Both the position numbers and the translations under genes were made by a program. A stretch of 64,000 bases of DNA, taken from assembly GCF_009914755.1 (NCBI RefSeq), contig NC_060926.1, one strand, 5' to 3'. Shown piece by piece: positions 1-15,164 of this stretch (position 1 is its first letter; the number at the start of each line of letters is the position of its first letter). The notes below the pieces were generated by a model. That model saw only the letters and a list, made by a program, of their open reading frames with translations. It was not told the DNA's origin and searched no databases. This DNA is from the human T2T-CHM13v2.0 reference genome, Homo sapiens.

Positions 1-1419
1 AGGGATGCATACAAAAGTAGTAAAAATATGGAAAAAAATTTATAAAACACAAGATACGGATACCCAGGGGAAGGAAAGGAATCAGAATCAGCCAGACTTT
101 CTTTCCCAGGGTGGACAGGGACTTCTGGGGTGCCTGGCAATGTTTTTCTTCTTAACCTGGGTGGTGGTGACAAAGATGTTTGCTTTATAAATTATTCATT
201 AAACTCTTCAGTTACATGTCTTTCTTTGAATATTTTATATTCACTATGAGAATATGCAAAAGAGAAAAGCAAAATCCAGTCTCCATGTCTAGAAATGGCT
301 GCTTCCTTTACCCCAGGCTTCCTTACTTCTGGGACCTCCAAGCAGCATTTGTCCAAGTCTATGACCAGGGTCGTGAGTCAGTGTGCTCTTACTTTCCAAG
401 TTCTATGATGAGCTTAGCCTTATATCTGGGACTGTTGTATGTGTGGAAGTGGGAGGGGTGGGAATATGCTGCCCCAAGAAGACAAAACATTAGGAATAAC
501 AGTGAAAACACGAGACAACGCTGTAGAGACTTCCAGTGTGGTGGAAGTTTGGAGAATGAGTCCAGGGAAGGAACACTCCATTGGTCCTGAGGATGGACTG
601 GGGGAGACAGAAGCTGGGAGTGGGGAGGGTGAGAGAGGATGTTGTGATGAAGGTCCCTGTGAATGACCGGTGGAAGCCAAGTATTGCTGGATCCACAGGA
701 GGGTTTGGAAAAGCAGGAGAATGTTTGCTTCACCCCACCTTGTTGCCAGTTTTTGTCCACCAATCAATCAATTATCAATTCAGTGATGCCCCCAGATATG
801 TTATATCTAACAGTCAATAGGAGAATCTTGAACAAAGAAGACATACAGAAACCTTCAGAGAAAAATAGAAAGTGAATAAGAGAATTAAAAAATAGATGCC
901 ATTGTTCTCATTGCCAAACTCTATTGGAAAACAATCCTCAGCTGCTCCAGGAAACGCATTAATCAGAAGTCTCCCGGGCTTGCTGTGGAAAATAGTTTGG
1001 TAGTTCCTTACAAAGTGAATCATAGAATTACCTTACAATCCAGCGATTCTACTTCGGTTATATATCCAAGAGAATTGAAAGCAGGGACTCAAACAGACCC
1101 TTGTGCACCATAGCCTTATTCACCATAGCCAGAGGTGGAAAAACCCAAGTGCCCATCCACAGATGAATGGATAAACAAAATGCAGCACATCTATATAATG
1201 GAATATGATTCAGCCTTAAAAAGAATGAAGCATTGAGACTGCTACAACATGGATGCACCTTGAACCCGTGCCAAGGGAAATAAGCCAGTCGCCAAGGGAC
1301 AATATTATAGAATTATTCCATTTCTATCAGGTACCTAGAATAAGCAAATTCACAGAGACTGAAAATAGAACAGTAGTTAGCGGGGGCTAGGAAAAGAAGG
1401 GCATAGTTATTGTGTGTGT

Positions 1420-1718
1420 GTCGTTGGTTTGCTTCTTTGAGACAGAATCTCACTCTATTACCCAGACTGCAGTGCAGTGGCACAATCTCTGCTCACTGCG
1501 GTCTTGACCTCCTGGGCTAGGGTGATTCTCCCACTTCAGCCTCCCGAATAGCTGGGACTACAGGCATGCACCACCACACCTGGCTAATCTTTGTAATTTT
1601 TGTAAAGACTGGGTTTTGCCAAGCTTCCCAGGCTGGTCTTGAACTCCTGAGCTCAAGCGGTGATCTGCCTGGCTCAGCCTCCCAAAGTGCTGGGTCTGCA
1701 GGTAGCTATCATGCCCCT
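1420..1718 (-). mobile_element. AluJ-like
   Basis: Diverged reverse Alu (GAGACAGAATCTCACTCT...CCCAAAGTGCTGGG). Confidence 0.85.
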
Positions 1719-1720
1719 TG

Positions 1721-1724
<4 letters not shown>

Positions 1725-1753
<29 letters not shown>

Positions 1754-2030
1754 GAGACAGAGTCTTGCTCTGTCACTTATCCTGGAGGGCAGTGGCACGA
1801 TCTCAGCTCACTGTGACCTCCGCCCCCCGGGTTCAAGCAATTCTCCTGCCTCAGCCTGAGTAGCTGGAATTACAGGCGTGTGTCGCCACCCCCAGCTAAT
1901 TTTTGTATTTTTAGTAGAGACGGGTTTTACCATGTTGGCCATGGCTGGTCTTGAACTCCTGACTTCAAGTAATCCACCCGCCTCATCCTCCCAAACTGCT
2001 GGGATTAGGGGCATGAGCCACCACGCCCAG
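1725..2030 (-). mobile_element. AluS-like
   Basis: Poly-T tail followed by reverse Alu consensus. Confidence 0.9.
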
Positions 2031-3154
2031 CTGAGAGTTATTGTTTCACAGGTACAGTTTCTATTTGTCATGATGATAAAGTTCTGTAGATGGATGGCAC
2101 AACACTGTAAATATAATTAATACCACTGAATTGTACATTTAAAAATGGCTACAATGGTAATTTTATGTATATTTTACCATATTCCAAAAAGAAGTCCACA
2201 GAAGCTCAAAAAATTGTTCCTGTGTGTTGAGATAGAGGAGAGAGGCCTGGGCTGTGGAATCATTTACTGAATACCAAGAAAGAAAACAAGGTAAACTTTC
2301 CTTGTTGAAGGTTGAAGAAGAAAAAAATGCTTTCTTTGGCCTATCCCTGGAGCTTCTGCTACTGTTGGGCCAGCCTCTGGCAGCAGCACAGAGATAGATG
2401 TTAAACAGCGCGGGTAGACCTGGGTGCTTTCAGAAAAGTGGCCCCTGCCCCTTCTTCCTATCCTCATCCCTCAACAAAGGCTGAACCCTGGTTACCCTCC
2501 AAAAGCCTGTTTTCTGGGAAATTGCCTTTTAGAATTTTTCTTTAAATGTATGAATCCACCCTGAATGCTATTTGAAAAAGAAAAGGAATTTAAAGATGTT
2601 GAAGTATGCTTACATATACACAATGGAAAAATTTGCTTCTCAAACAGCCTGAGTAGAAAACCTCGCATCCCCATGGCAACCAGATTCCACTGTGACCACA
2701 CATCAAATGGGTGGGTGACCTGGCAATGTAGGCCTGGGCTCTTCAGCCCCTCCCTGCGAACATATGGGGCCCAGATGTACCACCCACTGCAGTAGGGTGC
2801 TTGAAGCTCCAGGATGGCTGGCTGAGGGCTCTGTTCTAGTCACTAAGGGATATTCCTGGAGACCCATCTAACCTGGGACAGGGAATCAGTTCTTCCTGAA
2901 AATCATAGAGGGGCAGGAGACTCTCCCTCAAGCCATTGCCCCGGGGAAATGCAAGACCCCTGTGGCTACTCAGGGGCTTGGATTACTAGGATGAGTGGTT
3001 GGGATTTAAAACAATTGTGTGCTGCTGACCAGAAAACCAGGCCCTTGGTAACACAAGAACTGCAAGTCCTGATCAGTTAAAAACCTAAAGAATAATCAGA
3101 TCCTTAATGCTTCATTTCCTTGAACAGACATCTGACCCTTTTATAGAGTTTGTG

Positions 3155-3190
3155 TCATCTTCCCCTTTGATCATCTTCCCCTTTGATCAT
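3155..3190. repeat. 16-bp tandem duplication (TCATCTTCCCCTTTGA x2 + TCAT)
   Basis: Seen directly. Confidence 0.9.
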
Positions 3191-3299
3191 TCAGAACAAG
3201 TACTTCTTTCCAAACTACGGTCTCAGTCCCATTTTCAAATAGTATTTTGGAATGGCTAGCCTATGATAACCCCACCTCCCTTCCTGTTGAGCTTCCTAA

Positions 3300-4078
3300 T
3301 GATACCGAAGGGAAGTGCTGAGAAGGGAAGAGCGTGGTCCCTTTAAGTGATACGGAAGCGGGGGCGGGGGGGGGGGAGGGAAGGGCGTGGCCCCTGGCTA
3401 GGGCTCCACCCCTACGAGCCTAGATGAGGACAGGCATTTTTGTTTTCCTGCTCAAATGCTGCATTTCCCAAGACCACCCTGGCCTGCCACGCCCCCATCC
3501 TGTGCCTATAAAAATCCTGAGGCCCTAGCAGGCAGACACACAGATGGCAGGACGTGGAGAGGAGCACAATGGCGGAGGAACTAGGCCACTGACCGGCAGA
3601 AGCAGAATGATGCTGTGGCAGTCGGATGAGAGCCCAGGCCGCTGAGCTGTCGACTCCAGGGGGGAAACCTTCCCACTCCATCACCTTCTGACTTCCCCCA
3701 TCTGCTGAGAGCTGCCTTTACTCAAAATCTTGCACTCATTCTCCAAGCCCAGGTGTGATCTGATTCTTCAGTTACAGCAAAGCAAGCACCCAGGATACAG
3801 AAAGCCCCCTGTTGTTGCAACAAGGCAGAGGGTCTAATTGAGCTGGTTAATACAAGCTGCCTATAGACGACAAAACTAAAAGAGCGCAGGGTAGCACACG
3901 CCCACTGGGGCTTCAGGAGCTGTAAACATCCACCCCTCGACACTGCCGTGGGGTTGGAGCCCGGTAGCCTTCGCGTCTGTATGCTCCCTAGAGGCCTGAG
4001 TAATGGGGCACTGAAGAAGCAAGCCGGTCCCCGTGTCGCACGCCCTGCAAGGGCGACAAGTGAACTTTTCCCATTTCA
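3300..4078 (+). mobile_element. ERV1-class solo LTR (LTR1/LTR27/LTR28-like group), full length
   Basis: TG...CA termini (TGATACCG...CCCATTTCA), 4-bp TSD CTAA at 3296-3299 and 4079-4082, TATA box CCTATAAAA near 3506, CpG-rich. Confidence 0.85.
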
Positions 4079-4089
4079 CTAAGGTCTTT

Positions 4090-5165
<1,076 letters not shown>

Positions 5166-8092
5166 CCACCATACCATGCTGAACACGGGGATCCCATCTG
5201 AGGTCTTTCCTGTGGGAGTGGCCGGAAGGCCATCATCCTTGTAGTCACCCTCCCCTGCTGACCCCAAGGAAAGCTTTGCAGGGCTTGTAGATATCAAAGC
5301 AAGCCCTCGATTTTGATATTTCGGGGGCCCCAGCCCCAGACTGGCCAGCTTTCTCATTTCTCCCACAATGCAGTTTTTATAATTGGCAAGCCTTGTTTTT
5401 ACGTTCCAAGCCTGGAGTCTTTTTCCACAACATTATAGAAGACCTTGGGCATTCTGAGAACTAAGTAGCTTGCTCTTGGCATTGTCTTTGATTGGGCCAG
5501 GCTTTCAATGAAGGAAAACACATCAGGAAGAAAGTTGCTCCCAGGGTTGCTGACTGATCGCAGAGATTTTTTTTTTTCTTTACCACTTTTCTTTGTGTTT
5601 GGCCAGGTATAGAGTGAGGGTGGGGGGTGGGGAGGCCTCTCCTAGCAGACTGAGCTTTTCTGCACCTTAGGCTAAGGCTGAGTGGGGCCAGTCCTCTCCT
5701 GGCCATCTCTGAGACTTGACTCCCCACTATAGAGGAGTACAGGGGCACTGGGCATTTCTTCCTTGTGAGAAATTTTCAGCTCCCGTCAGAATGACCTTCC
5801 ACCAAACCCTTTGCTTCTTCCCGTCATAAAGTTGGAAGAAGAAAAAAGAAAAGCGGTTCGTGGTATGTGGGCAGGTAAAATGTTAACAACTTTGCTATAA
5901 TCCATGTTCAGTTCAGTAGACTTGGAACAGCATGAATTTCGCAAAGTGAAAAACTCTGGCTTCCTCTGTAGACGCATTGCTCTGCAATCTGAAAACTAGC
6001 AGCAAGCCAGAGTAATAAGAGCAAGGAAGGGGGAGAGGGAGGAAAAAGGGAGAGGGCAGACAAAATCAGTGTCCTAGGGCCTAGCCTGAACGGTTTAAGT
6101 TAATGCCTATCTATTAATATCTTTTCTTTCTCCTTCCTTTTTTTCGCCTTTCTCCCTCCCTCCTTCTTGCTGCCTCCCTTCCTAGAGACATGATGATGAT
6201 GCTTCCCTCTGGCAGCTCTGTCTTATTTGGCTATACCCAGCCAGAGCTATAAGAATTCAAGCCTGTCTTCACAGATGTTTCCTTTTAATCACTATAATTA
6301 ATATTAGTGATTGTTAATGGGGACATACTAAGAAACACACTTGCAAAATGCTCACTGGCAATTGGAATAACCTTGATTTTGTGAGCCACGCATCCTCTTT
6401 GCTTGGCCACCGGTTCCACAGACAATGCATCAGATCCTAGAATTATCTGATCATTTATTAATTTCTTCTCCCAGACCTGGGACAAAACCAGGGGGTTTCC
6501 AGAGTGGAAACAACAGGGAAGTTAGCTGTCCTGACTGAGAGACTGTGAAGGTTCTCAGTGTGGATTTCCTCTGATCTCCTGGCATCACCATCTGGAGTGG
6601 GAATGGGTATCGGGTGGGTGTTCACTGAATGCTGGTTCTGGGCTGGGCCTGTGTTAGTGGGCAGGCTGCTCAAGTGGCTTTGGGACTCTGGGGCAAGAAG
6701 GCATCCTGGCTCCTCCTACTCTGAAAAAGTGGATGGGTGCCTTGCTGGGGGTGCCTCAGCGAAAGGCTGTATGTTGACAGATCCGGGGATTCCAGTCTAC
6801 TCAAACTCATTAAGCACATGGGAACTCCCGGCATAGGGCAGGCCCAGCAGAGGCTATGCTGGTGGACTGGGGACATTCTCAGCGTGGGGAGCCTGGGCGT
6901 CTTGTCACTTCCCATTAGCTGCAGGATGCCAGGATCCTTCATTTCTGATAAATCATTCATCCATCGACCTAAAGTAATGTTTTTAAAACTGATGTTAAGA
7001 AAAAAAAATGTTTTTAGATAAGTTAGTAAGTTTGCAGGAACAACAAGGCTTCCCATACACAAGTTGCCAGTTTGTATAATCTCCTCAACTTTTTAAAATG
7101 CAGAACTTCTCAGAAGCTTTATTATGCTAACATGATTCTAATTTCCACACAGGTGGAATTGGTATACAGTATTTCCCAAGCTCGTTTAACTGTCGTTCTC
7201 TTTGCTCTTGGGATACCTGTTGAACTATCTAATGCATCACCAAACCTGCTGATAAAGCAAAACTAAGCTAGCAGAACTCAAGGCGGAAAGGGAGAGAGCC
7301 ACAGCATATAAGTCGTGTCTCGGGATGAGGAAGACAGGAGGATTTTGTAGGGTTCTGGGGGGACTCGGCTCAAGTTGGTTAAGGTGGTTTTTTAAGGCAG
7401 GGCATATAGTAGTTAAGACTAGCCAACCCAGCAGGGTCTGGCAGGGACTTTTGATAGATAAGCTATTGTTTGGTAAGCAAGCTGTTTGCTCAGGTGAGCA
7501 GTGTGCTGTCTCAAGTAGATTGCTCTATAGGGAGTTTCTGAAGCAAAAGTGAAATTATTGCTTCATAGTCTTATCTGCCTTGGGCAAAGATTTCCTGGAC
7601 AAAACAACTAAGTCATGTTGACACAGGTGGTCTCAGTTCTTAGGACCTATAGCTGTGTTCGGTTGATGGAGGTTGTCATAGTTCTCATAACAATTCATAT
7701 TTCTCACATGTACAAGAGACTAGTACATGGGATGCTAGTCTTTTCAAATGCACTCTGAGAAATACAGAATCTTTGAAGTTAACATTTCCAACAGAAAGTC
7801 CTTGAGTTTAGTGCCTATTGCATAAAAATGACTTCCTGTGTTTCTCGGGAACCTCCCTGGTCTTCCTAATTAAGGATTTTAGTTAATAAGTGTTCATCTG
7901 ATTCATTCTCCTTGTGATTTGTGATTTTTATAAAATTTGATAAAGTCCCATTTCCTTTCTCTAAGAACATCTAATTTAGGTTAAGTTATGCAATTTAGAA
8001 TAAAATTTGAATAAGAAAAGAAAGTATTGAGGACAGTCAGATTTGAGTCAGAAACTGGGAGGTGACTTTGAAGGGAAGTAGGAGCAATCAAC

Positions 8093-8645
8093 TGTATGGA
8101 ATATAGTTTCCGATTTTTGTTTTCTTGATGCTCTGGCATTTGATGCATTGATGGTAGAGAGCCTGCTCCTCCCAGGGCTAGCTAAGTCCTACAGAGCAAA
8201 GAATTCCCCTTTGAGGACACCTTTGACATATAAACCAACCCATCCAGAGCTCACATCCCCAATCATCTCCTTTGTCAAACTCACATACCAGACAACATTC
8301 TCCCTGCTCTAAATCACCCCAGGACCAGGTACCCAACAAATGGAGACCACTCCTATAGCCCAGAGCCTGCTGAAATTATTCAAACTAGCCAATCCTAGCT
8401 CACTCAGCTACCTACCCTGCCTCATGCATCCTTCCCTGGAGATCCCAATAAAGGTTCTGGGCCATGTTCTGCCTCCTTCTTCTGCCTCCTGAGTGACTGT
8501 GGTTCTTGCCATGTAATCCTGCATAGTCTACCGTGCCTCCTGTTTCTGGGGTCTCTATGAACTTCTTCCTTCATGACAGTCATTTCTGTGTCTGCTCTCT
8601 TACTATCCCTGAATAAAACAAATCCCAGGAACATTTTAACACACT
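8093..8645 (+). mobile_element. Old LTR (ERVL/ERV1 MER-type; subfamily uncertain)
   Basis: TGTATGG start, LTR-like body with AATAAA motifs, ends near ...TTTTAACACA. Confidence 0.5.
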
Positions 8646-8807
8646 AACAGGAAATGAAGCATAATTTAGTCGGTACAATGGCGACCCATCAGAATCACCT
8701 GGAGTGCCGTCTGCCCGGGCCTTGCCCAAAGAGCATTTGATTTAATTGGCCTGCAGTAGGGACTCAGGTGGTCCTAATGGACAGCCAGGGGCAAGAAACA
8801 CGTAGCC

Positions 8808-8990
8808 AGTGGTCCCCAAAGTGTGATCCTGGGACTAGCAGTGTCAGCATCACCTGGGAGCTCGTTAGAAATGCAAATGTTTGGCCCCAGCCCAGACCTC
8901 CCAATTCAGAAATTCTGGAGGCAGGGCCTGGCAAGCCGCTTTATCAAGTTCTTCAGGTGATTCTGAAAGATCTAAAGTTTGAAAACCATG
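8808..8990. mobile_element. MER5A hAT-Charlie DNA transposon (a further MER5 fragment near 8670-8800)
   Basis: CAGTGGTCCCCAAAGTGTG...CAGCATCACCTGGGAGCTCGTTAGAAATGCAAAT...AAGTTTGAAAACCA. Confidence 0.85.
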
Positions 8991-9159
8991 GCACTGACCT
9001 AAAGCAGAGTAGAGTCAGAGAAGCAGAAGCAGGCCACTAATGGATTGAGGGCCTGGAGCTTCATGGCTACAGTTTCTGCTCTCTCCTAGTGCTGATCAAT
9101 GGCTTCTTCCGGTTCTAGAGTCTTAGGACAGAAATGCTGCTGATGTAGCTAAACTTAAC

Positions 9160-9449
9160 ATTATTATTGTTATTTTTGAGACAGGATCTCTGTGGCCCAG
9201 GCTGGAGTGTAGTAGTGTGATCTTGGCTTACTGCAGCTCTGCCCCCCAGGCTCAAGCGATCCTCCCACCTCAGTCTCCTGAGTAGCTGGGATTACAGGTG
9301 TGCATCACCATACTTGGCTAATTTTTGTATTTTTTGTAGAGATGGGGTCTCGCCATATTGCCCAGGCTGGTCTTGAGCTCCTGAGCTCAAGAGATTTGCC
9401 TGCCTTGGCCTCCCAGAGTGTTGGGAGGCATGAGCCACCACACCTGACC
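9160..9449 (-). mobile_element. AluJ-like
   Basis: Reverse Alu with GCTCAAGCGATCCTCCCACC. Confidence 0.88.
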
Positions 9450-10529
9450 TGAACTTAATCTTTTTTATATGCCCACGTCATCACCTTCTCACAGTTTGGA
9501 TACCGTTTTTAAAGAACTTGAACAAAATATTCCTGCCTACTATGTATATTCATTGGTAAGAAAAAAAAACTGTCTTAGGAAAATGTTCACTCATATAGAG
9601 AGGCTTCCAACATCAGGCTGGATATTTTTTGCATGGACAAGCCTAGGACTGTGCTCCAGTTACACCTATACACACATCAGAGGAAACCAACTGGTCGAAG
9701 CTTGAGGTAATGGCAAGCAAAGACTGGTGTGTTTTAAGAACATTCCAAATTTATGGTATTTTACCTCTAGAAGGCCCTTTTTGCTCATTTCCTTTCCTGA
9801 GTCATTTTAATCACTAAAACATGACCTCCTCTGCTTTTTGTGTCTTACCACAGTGGCATGGGCAGCTAGGTGGTTATGCTTCAGAATTAGAAAAAACAAT
9901 CCTAAGATTTCTAGCTTCACATGCTCATGTTTCCTGCTACAATGTAATTGAGTGGATCTGAAAAACTGTAAAACCCCCAAAACTTCCAAGGGTTCACTAG
10001 AGCTCCAAAAACTAGGTCAGCCACGTGGCGCTTATACTTAACTCTTGGTGGTGTTTTGTGCTATTGAGTTGAATAAGCAATAGAGGAAAACATTTACATT
10101 GTGAAATATGCTATGACTGTATGAAAATATAATCTCTTCAGTAGAGAACAATGAAACTCATAAACCAGGATTTTCCTTGCAATATGTAGTGATGAATTAT
10201 AATTTTTTAGCTTAGCTCTCTCTTGATTTGGTTTCAATATGTATAAATATCAATTGAGTCGTATCCTTGTATGAGATACAAAACTAGTGAAATATACTTT
10301 AAAAATTATTTAAGCATTTGCTGAGAGACCTAATGACTTTAATAAGGCAGAACAGTGATGAAACCAACAAATGTTTGAATTTGTAATGAAAGTATTAATA
10401 CAACCTTCATTAAAATTGCTAAAGGATTAATTCCCTGATTATATAAAACCAAGAGAAAACAGCAACTTAAGTTTTTTTCCTTCATTACTATTTGGGAAAT
10501 GTGAAGATGATCACAGCCTGTTTTAGATA

Positions 10530-11308
10530 AATGGTGAGTGGGATATTTTTACTCAGAACTTCTGAAACCAGATGTGTGGGTTTTTTCCACACCAAATTCT
10601 CTAACTCTCCAGACGCCAGCTAGGTGTCCTACAATTCAATTCAGTTCTGACACTCTCTACCTCAAGTTAGTGTCAGATCCTACAAGTTAAAAAACTCAGT
10701 TCCACAAAACTGCCCCAATTCAGATGCCAGTTGCAAGTCCCAGGGAACCACCCATACTTGTGCTGAGCTATGAATGAGGGGTTCCTATAACCTCCTCCCC
10801 TGGTTTGTTAATTGGCTAGAACAGTTCACAGAACTCAGGAAAATACTTTGCTTATGTTTACCAGTTGATTATGAAAGATACTACAGAACAGCCCAATAGA
10901 AGAGACGCACAGGACAAGGTATGGAAAGAGGGGTTGGGGGCTTCTATGCCCTCTGGGGTGTGCCCCCTCCTGACACTTCCATGTGTTCACCCACCAGAAA
11001 GCTCACCAAATCTAGTTGTTTGTTACAGAGCTTAATCTCTGGGCCTCTCCCTCCCCTTTCTGGTGGTCAATGGAGAGAAAGTTCCAAGCCCCTAATCACT
11101 TGGTCTTTCCTATGGCCAGCCCAGAGATAACCTTTGTGAGGCTATCAAAGGGCCCCAGCCTAAGCCACCTCATTAGCATATAGTCTGGTGTACTTACAAA
11201 GGATCATTATAAATAACAAAAGACTCTCCTATCACCCTGGAAATTCCAGGGGTTTTAGGAGCTCTAGGCCAGGAGCCAGGACAGAGACCAAATATATATA
11301 TGCCACAG
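10530..11308 (-). mobile_element. MER21-like LTR
   Basis: GGTGTCCTACAATTCAATTCAGTTCTGACACT and CACAGAACTCAGGAAAATACTT motifs typical of the MER21/MER4 group. Confidence 0.7.
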
Positions 11309-13559
11309 GGAGATTTTGAGCTGTCAGGTTGAGACCATCCCTTGTTTCAGAATGAGCATCAACTGCATGGGATTGGTTAAAATGAGGTAAGTATGCCAGA
11401 ATGCAATGGAACTGATAGCATCATCATCTATCCTCATCTGATGCCAGGAAGTTAGGAACTAGTGAGTCCATGGCAGAGGATACTGTAGCTCTTTCATGTG
11501 GTGGTGTCCCATTCCAGATGACACTCGCCCAAAGGCACAGGCAGCTAAACATTAGGCTTTTGATTTTTCCAAACAGACTTACACCGGCTCTGTGTGATGT
11601 CATTTTATTTGTGTTTTCCTTATCGGTTAAATGAATGTTTAAGGTCAACTTCAAAGTATCAAATGGAATTGTAAGGGTATGACTTGTGAACTCATATTTT
11701 TCCCAAAGAAACGCAAAACCATCCACGCTGTCTGGTAGCTTTCTATTGACATCTAGCACTGAGGCATACAGTACTTTAAACTGTGACTAGTCCAAATGGA
11801 TCCCATGAGTTCCTCAAGAATCAGAACCAATCTTGTTCCAAGTTCTAGCACAGTGCTTGGCACACAGGATCTGTGTACGGAATGAGTAGCAGAGATGCTA
11901 CAAGGGATGCAGATTTTTTTTTTTTTTTTTAAGATATAATGCAAGTGAGAACTAGATCTCTAAAAATTAGGCTGACAGATCCTTGCTGATGCCAGACTTC
12001 TTTGCATTCCCCTCTACCACAATGCATGCTAGCTAAGGGGCAGAACCAACCTGGATGTTCAGTGGGCATGTGATGCATGGTGATGAGATACACGAAGGGC
12101 ACTACCAGTTCGGCTCAGCTCTAATGGACAAATGTGAGTGTCTTGCAGTTGTTATGGGCAAATCAAGCTATAAAAACACTTTGTGATCTTTTAGTGGACT
12201 TGACCATAATCTATAATCAGCTTTGGGGCAGTGCCTGTGAGTTATTTTATTTAAAATGATCAGAACTCAAAACAAAAGATATAAAAGACAAAAAACTAAC
12301 AAAAAGAAATTAAAAAAAAAAAGAATGATCGGAACCCTGAACCTAATTTATTCAGCAGGCCTCTATTTGAGCTCATCAAGTAACCAGAAACATCTTGATA
12401 AATATCCATTCTTCCAATTACAGAAACGTTTTAAATCTCAATTCAGCGAAGGACTACTTCTTCTGGTCAGCTGGTATAACTGGCATTTAAAGACAAAATA
12501 ATGTAAAAGGGAAGTCTTTGGTTTTGCAATAATTAAATGACATATAGAAAACTGAGAAGATGTAGACACTTAGCATTCAGGGCAGAGTATCTGTAGTGCT
12601 GCCAAATCCGTGGGTGATGGTGGAGAGGTTTATTGGTTCCCTCTCTCACTCCTGATTGTGTTAGAAATAGAAACATCTGCCTCATCATAAAAAGTCATGA
12701 TTTAAGAAATCTCCCACTGGTCATAGAAAGATATGTGTAGAAGATTCTGGTTAATTATTGAGCAAAACCCTCCTTGGGCAACTGGGAATTGTTTCTTCAA
12801 GGAAGTGTCACCCAACAGTCCAAGCATGTTCACAGATGAAGTGGCTGTTATTTCTATCTATACATCCTGAGGGTATGAACCACACATCCTTCTGTGTAAA
12901 AACATGCCAAGCACATTCTTCAGAGCCAGTAAGCAATAACTTTGTCTGAAGACTTGCTCAGAACTTTCTCTGAACATCTGCTTCCTATTTACTATGACCT
13001 TCTGCTCCAAATATACCTCTAATTCTAGTAAGTGCCTGCTCTAAAGTTGAATATCTCTCTTCTCAGGAAAAAATAGTGAATCCATTCTAATAAAGCATAC
13101 TCCTTTATAACTGAATTTCTCTTTTAAAAAAGTAAAACTCTGTAGAAAACTGACTTCAGCAATGAGCACATAGTAGTCCAATTGGTTTACTTAACCCAGG
13201 GACAGATTTCTTTGATCAGATTTCTCAGAAATACGAACTGTGTTTGATGTGTCCAAAGCACTGCCTTGGTGTTTAGTGCCTTTTGGTGGCCTCCATTAAA
13301 AAAAAAAACATTCTATGCTATATAAATCTCTGTGCATTATCAATCTATGTACCTGATGTTGCTCAGTGCAGTGGTGTTCTTCACAGGAGACTGGTTGACA
13401 GGAGAGCTGAGATGGAATATCTACTGAATAAACCATACTTTTCTCAATATCAAGACTGATGAAAGCATACTATGAATTTCCTACTATAGCCTAGGGGCAA
13501 AAATATGAAAACACTCCATATTTTCATTGGTTCCCATTATTTTTGGAATAATCTTCAAA

Positions 13560-14867
13560 GTTTGAACATGTGTCTTTTATTGTTAAAAATTTGAAAACAG
13601 GATGGAACTTTCGTTCTAGAAAGGTGTTCATCTGATAGGCACAGAAACAGACTCTGGAGGGTTGTTGGCTCCAAGCCACACAGGTGGCCAGTGGTAGTAC
13701 CAGGCCCAGAATCTGGGCTCCTGGCCCCTAGCTGCAGACCCCTTCTCCAGCCACCAGGTTGGCCTCTGGGGCTCATCTCTCAGGCAGCATTGTCAGCTCA
13801 ATGCATGTTGATGTCATATATTTTTGACAAATCAAATGTTTAGAAGAAGTTACTCTTTTTAGTTAGCCTCTTTCTTCTTCTGAGAGCTCTGGTAGGAACT
13901 CCTGCCCAACCTCTCATTAAAAAGTATGTCAAGAAAATATTTTCTAGATTTCTGCCAGAGTAATATAAGAAGAAAAATAAATGGAATTAATGGTTGTTCT
14001 AACTGTAAGCAGTTTTAAATGATTATTTTAGAAGCTTATCACTTTTAACAGTAAACAAAAGAGGTCAGAAGAAGTACTCAGTATTTAATAAATGGCCAAA
14101 CACATTTTCCCGAATATTCTTATGAGAAAAAAGTAAGCTATCAATATTTTTTATTTCTAAAAGCCAATTTAATAAATTAATAAACGCATGCCAGAAAAAA
14201 TACCAAATTACAACTGAAAACCAATAATAATTTAACAGAAAATGCTGTGTTGTACACTTTTTATTGGTATGGATAACCTTTATTAAAGTAACAAATCTGA
14301 AAACACATTTTGCTTTTGCTGGAAAGAAAGTACTATGTTAGAGAAGAACTAAGAGAAACCAGAAATCATTTGTAAAATGTAGGCATGTGATATGGTTTAT
14401 GGTAATGTAACAGCCAGAGGTGCTGTTTTATCCATTTGTGTGTGCGTGTTTGTACAAGCATCAGAAACCAATGACATAGACCCCAAAAGCAAAGTCACAA
14501 CAGGCTTACTCTGTGAAACATGCTGGATTACAAGCACAGACTACCCAGGACGCAGAGGCGGTGCAGGCGCAGGTTTGTTGTTTCTTCTGTATGGGGTTTC
14601 CTTGCCAGATAGGGGGCTAATCATGCAATAGCTTGAGTTTCTCTGAACGTGATAAACACCCAGGATTACTAGAACCAGAAAGCGTGTGTTCACTGTTTTA
14701 CAAGACAGCTGAGCGGTGCTACAAAAACAACAGAAAGTTCCTTCACTTTAATCTGGTTATATGCCCAAACCTCTAATCAAGAAATAATGCAGCTACAGGA
14801 GCAAATTAAATTACTATAAAACATTCCTTCATCTGTAAAACATTTCTTTTCCCCTCAAATTAAAAAT
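13560..14867 (-). other. CHN1: CHN1 3' UTR with multiple polyadenylation signals
   Basis: Minus-strand AATAAA at 14279-14284, 14260-14265, 14150-14155 and 13576-13581; ATTAAA at 14168-14173 and 14084-14089. The end coordinate is inferred from the distal signal. Confidence 0.7.

Positions 14868-15164
<297 letters not shown>

Larger units (their letters stand above)
975..2190 (+). mobile_element. Old L1M (L1MB-like) 3' fragment interrupted by two Alus
   Basis: GCTGTGGAAAATAGTTTGG...AGATGAATGGATAAACAAAATG L1 3' motifs; resumes after 2030 with CACTGAATTGTACATTTAAAAATGG. Confidence 0.75.
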
